Below, piece after piece: positions 49,468 through 52,604 of a stretch of 52,604 bases of DNA; position 1 is the first letter of the stretch, and every line of letters starts with the position of its first letter. This DNA is from Acidimicrobiaceae bacterium (GTDB taxonomy: Bacteria; Actinomycetota; Acidimicrobiia; Acidimicrobiales; RAAP-2), in contig PLNQ01000023.1 in assembly GCA_003141815.1 (NCBI GenBank), positions 1 to 52,604 on the forward strand. Direction: 5' to 3'. A model generated the notes under the pieces. The model ran no database searches. It was not told the DNA's origin and was given only the letters and a program-made list of their open reading frames with translations. The translations under genes and the position numbers were made by a program.

Positions 49468-50610
49468 CTAACTGCCCACACGTCGCGAGACCGAGAGCAC
49501 CATACCGGCGGCGACGAAGAACACGGTCTCCGCCGACCCGCCGTAACTAAGGAGGGGCAAGGGAATTCCCGTCACGGGCATGATGCCCATCGTCATGCCG
49601 ATGTTCTCAAAGCAGCTGAAGGCGAAGAAGATGAAGACGCCAATGCAGAGCAGTCGTCCCATCGTGTCCTTCGCGTTCTTACCAATGATGAACATTCGAA
49701 ATGCTACGAAAGCCAACAGAAGGACGACGAACAACGAGCCAATGAACCCCATCTGCTCGCCGATCGCGGTGAAGATGAAGTCGGTCTGCTGCTCGGGGAC
49801 GTAGCCGAGCACGGTCTGCATGCCGTGAAAGAGGCCCGCACCGAAGACGCCTCCGGACCCAATGGCGCTCTTCGCGTTATTGACCTCGTAGAGCAGGGCC
49901 GCCAACTGAGGATTCGTGGAGTTTTGATTGAGGAAGGAGACAAAGCGGTCGACTTGATATTTCTGCAGGAGGTTGAGAAGGATCGCCGAGATAAGGCCGA
50001 CGGAGCCGAGCACCGCCAACAAGGTCATGAACCGTGGCGGCACTCCGGCGATGACCATCATGGCCGACACGATCAAAATGATGATCACCGAGGTCCCGAG
50101 GTCGGGCTGCCTCACGATGAGGGCGAGGGGCACAACGGCCATCAGGAGCAGGCGAATGACGTCGTACATCTTCAGGCCTTCGGTTCTTCGTGCGCAGAAC
50201 GTCGCGATCGCGAGGATCAAGAACAGCACCGTGAACTCGCTGGGTTGGATCTGGATAGCGCTACCGAAGCTGTACCAACGTTGCGCGCCGAGCGCGCTCT
50301 TGCCAATCACGAAGACACCAGCGAGCGCGAGGAGTGAACATACGTAGAGCGGCGTCGCGGCGATCTCGAATCGGCGATAGTCAATACGCGAGACCACGTA
50401 CATGGCGACGACGCCCAGCACCATGAAGAATCCTTGGCGTTCGAAGTAGTAGTGAGAGTTGAGTCCCTGGTTGACGAGTTGTTGACGGGTCGCGGAGTAG
50501 ATCGCGACGACACCGGTGCCGCCGAGAGCGATCATGCCGTAGAAGAGCCACAGGTCGAACGAGTCCTTGCGATGAAGTCGGTGGGTGAGGGCGCCCAGTG
50601 CGTCCGTCAC
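49468..50610 (-). CDS. rodA: Rod shape-determining protein RodA (MrdB type)
   Basis: GAQRW, QPSEF, QPDLGT, PEQQTDFIF, PVTGIPLPLLSYGGS. Confidence 0.92.
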   Translation of the reverse strand: MTDALGALTHRLHRKDSFDLWLFYGMIALGGTGVVAIYSATRQQLVNQGLNSHYYFERQGFFMVLGVVAMYVVSRIDYRRFEIAATPLYVCSLLALAGVFVIGKSALGAQRWYSFGSAIQIQPSEFTVLFLILAIATFCARRTEGLKMYDVIRLLLMAVVPLALIVRQPDLGTSVIIILIVSAMMVIAGVPPRFMTLLAVLGSVGLISAILLNLLQKYQVDRFVSFLNQNSTNPQLAALLYEVNNAKSAIGSGGVFGAGLFHGMQTVLGYVPEQQTDFIFTAIGEQMGFIGSLFVVLLLAFVAFRMFIIGKNAKDTMGRLLCIGVFIFFAFSCFENIGMTMGIMPVTGIPLPLLSYGGSAETVFFVAAGMVLSVSRRVGS

Positions 50611-51389
50611 TTCAGTACCTCGAGCAGTTGTGCCCCGTCGACGTCGACACCCCACCACCACTGCATCTGCAGCGACGCTTGATAGGCCAGCATCGCGAGT
50701 CCGTTCATAGTGCGACAACCCGCATCGTCGTAGAGCGTTCGCCACGACGACACTCGCGGATCGTACGTGATGTCGACAGCGACCGTCTCGTGGTGCACGC
50801 CCTGTAACACCGCCGCTTCTAGGTCGCGCCCGGCGACCGGCACCGTGTTCACAATGAGGTCCACCGGTCGATAGACGAGCGAACTGGAGAAGACGTTCTG
50901 GTAACGATCACTCAGTTCCTCGACTTTGACCTCGTTACGCGCGTGAATGGCCACGGAGGCGGCGCCGTGATGCACCAGTCCGTCCACGACCGCGCTCGCA
51001 GCTCCCCCGGCCCCTAAGACCACGGCGTGGGCGTTCTCCACCACGGGGCCGAACTCGGCGCGAAGAGCGTTGATAAAGCCCTCGCCGTCGGTGCTGTCAC
51101 CATAAAGAACACCGTCGCGCATGAGAAGTGAGTTCACGGACTGCGTGCGACGTGCGACGTCACTGAGTTCTTCACTGCGCGCGAAGGCCTCGTACTTCAG
51201 TGGAGCGGTGATGGAGAGCGCGTCGAAGTCACTCAACATCAGTTCGCTGAGGCGTTGCGCGTCGTCGAGCCCCAACTCGACACGCGTCGACGTGCCTTCG
51301 AGCCCGGCCAAGCGAAGTCCCACTTCGTGAAGTTGGGGCGAGAGTGAGTGCGCCACCGGCGAACCCGCGACCCCGACGCGCCAGATCAC
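50607..51389 (-). CDS. aroE: Shikimate dehydrogenase
   Basis: HSLSPQLH, TAPLK, TDGEG, GAGGAA, GLAMLAYQA. Confidence 0.92.
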   Translation of the reverse strand: MIWRVGVAGSPVAHSLSPQLHEVGLRLAGLEGTSTRVELGLDDAQRLSELMLSDFDALSITAPLKYEAFARSEELSDVARRTQSVNSLLMRDGVLYGDSTDGEGFINALRAEFGPVVENAHAVVLGAGGAASAVVDGLVHHGAASVAIHARNEVKVEELSDRYQNVFSSSLVYRPVDLIVNTVPVAGRDLEAAVLQGVHHETVAVDITYDPRVSSWRTLYDDAGCRTMNGLAMLAYQASLQMQWWWGVDVDGAQLLEVLK

Positions 51390-52405
51390 TCGAGACCCCT
51401 CGCGTGCGCGATCTGTTCGTTCTTCAGTTGCTGGGCGAACGTCGTGGAAAATGCTTCATCACCATTTTTGTTGATCAGCGTAAAGTAGAGCCACGTACCC
51501 GGGGGCGCGTGGAGCACGGCGTTGAGGGCGATCGTCGACACCGTGCAGATGGGCGTCGGCGTGAGTCCATTGTTGAGGTACGTGTTGTACGGCGTCGGGG
51601 TTGCCAACATGGTCGAGGTGACGGTGCCGCCATCTTGTTTGAAGTAATAGAGCACCGTGGCGTCCATCTGTAGCGGCCCGCCACGCACCAATCGGTTAAA
51701 AATGACACGCGCCACTTTGGGCATGTTGCTCGGGTAGTAGCCCTCTTTTTCGACGATCGACGCCGCCGTGATCAACTGATAGGCGTTGAGTCCATTGATC
51801 GTCGTCGACGGGGTCAGACCAACCGAGGCGGCTTCCTTTTCGAAGCTGCGCACCATTTCGTTCGCGAGTTGGCTCGGCGTCGTCGACGGCGCGATGACGT
51901 AGGTGCCGGCTCCGATCAGCCCCTCGAGGGAACCCGAGTTACTGAACGTGCCCGGGGTGACCGCGGCCGTCGCAGCGGCGACAAATTTGTTGGCGTAGGT
52001 TGGCCCCATGTCGCTCGCCACGTTGAGAGCGATCTCGTGCAGCGTGAGACCCGGAGAAGCAACGACGACGTTGACGTTGGGGCCGTTACTCAACACCGAA
52101 CGCACCCTCGCGAACGAGGAACCCTGTCGAAGCTGATACGAACCGATTTGGACCTGGGGCGTACCGAGAACGAGGCTCTCAAGGCGAAAGGCGAGGGTCG
52201 ACGCGATGACCCCTTTGGCGTGCAGTTCCGCGGTGATGGTCGAGAAGGAGTCACCGCTGTGGACGGTGACGATGACCTCTCGTCCCTTCCCGGCGAAGAC
52301 GGGGTCGATCTGGAGCGCGAACCATCCAACGCCTAGAACGATGATGACCACGACCGCAAGAACGACGCGGCGACGTGGCCTACTCAGCATGTTGGCCATC
52401 AACAT
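51386..52405 (-). CDS. mltG: Endolytic transglycosylase MltG (start uncertain, 52390-52405)
   Basis: LEG, ASIVEKE, NRL..LQMDAT, PYNTY..GLTPTPI. Confidence 0.93.
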   Translation of the reverse strand: MLMANMLSRPRRRVVLAVVVIIVLGVGWFALQIDPVFAGKGREVIVTVHSGDSFSTITAELHAKGVIASTLAFRLESLVLGTPQVQIGSYQLRQGSSFARVRSVLSNGPNVNVVVASPGLTLHEIALNVASDMGPTYANKFVAAATAAVTPGTFSNSGSLEGLIGAGTYVIAPSTTPSQLANEMVRSFEKEAASVGLTPSTTINGLNAYQLITAASIVEKEGYYPSNMPKVARVIFNRLVRGGPLQMDATVLYYFKQDGGTVTSTMLATPTPYNTYLNNGLTPTPICTVSTIALNAVLHAPPGTWLYFTLINKNGDEAFSTTFAQQLKNEQIAHARGLE

Positions 52406-52604
52406 AGTTTTGCAGCATGATGACCGCTGCCGCGCTGTCGACGTGATCGCGGTGATCTTTGGCCTTTAGCCCGGCTTGGGAGAGCGATCGCTGCGCCTCA
52501 AAGGTCGTGAGCCGTTCATCCCATTGGACGACGGGGACCTCGTCGAGGGCGCTCAGGAGGGCGACGTAGAACGCGTCGGCCTGCTTCGTGCTCGACGTTT
52601 CGTT
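52380..52604 (-). CDS. ruvX: RuvX/YqgF, partial (5' end outside window)
   Basis: Hand translation: ..VVQWDERLTTFEAQRSL..VDSAAAVIMLQNYVDGQHAE*; usual ruvX-mltG-aroE order. Confidence 0.9.
   Translation of the reverse strand, partial: NETSSTKQADAFYVALLSALDEVPVVQWDERLTTFEAQRSLSQAGLKAKDHRDHVDSAAAVIMLQNYVDGQHAE

Overview
High-GC actinobacterial chromosome segment; gene content and order suggest an Acidimicrobiia-like organism (inference). Bases 9-8269 are a complete ~8.2 kb integrative element inserted in the 3' end of tRNA-Leu(GAG), bounded by a 24-bp direct repeat at 9-32 and 8246-8269. It encodes a rolling-circle HUH Rep, an FtsK/TraB ATPase, an SCO3933-like protein, a tyrosine integrase coupled to a double-AbrB protein, and membrane, secreted and J-domain cargo. 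The rest is mostly housekeeping: secG-tpiA-pgk-gap, yvcK-rapZ-uvrCAB-coaE, an opp/dpp ABC operon, rpsA, polA, an ANTAR regulator, menC, tRNA-Leu(CAA), fabD-fabG-acpP-fabF, mshD, menG/menF, ppm1, ppk1, two SEDS genes, aroE, mltG and ruvX. The most unusual item is a 2412-bp IS5-family (IS1031-like) element at 38067-40478 with imperfect TIRs and a TTA duplication. Inside its TIRs lie an intact IS607-type TnpB nuclease and a structured putative omegaRNA whose predicted guide overlaps the IS5 terminal repeat. Also noted: attP-flanking inverted repeats, a kissing-loop structure in the rpsA leader, a degenerate TrpF, no whiA at its usual locus, and many leaderless genes. All family assignments come from motif recognition by eye; no searches were run.
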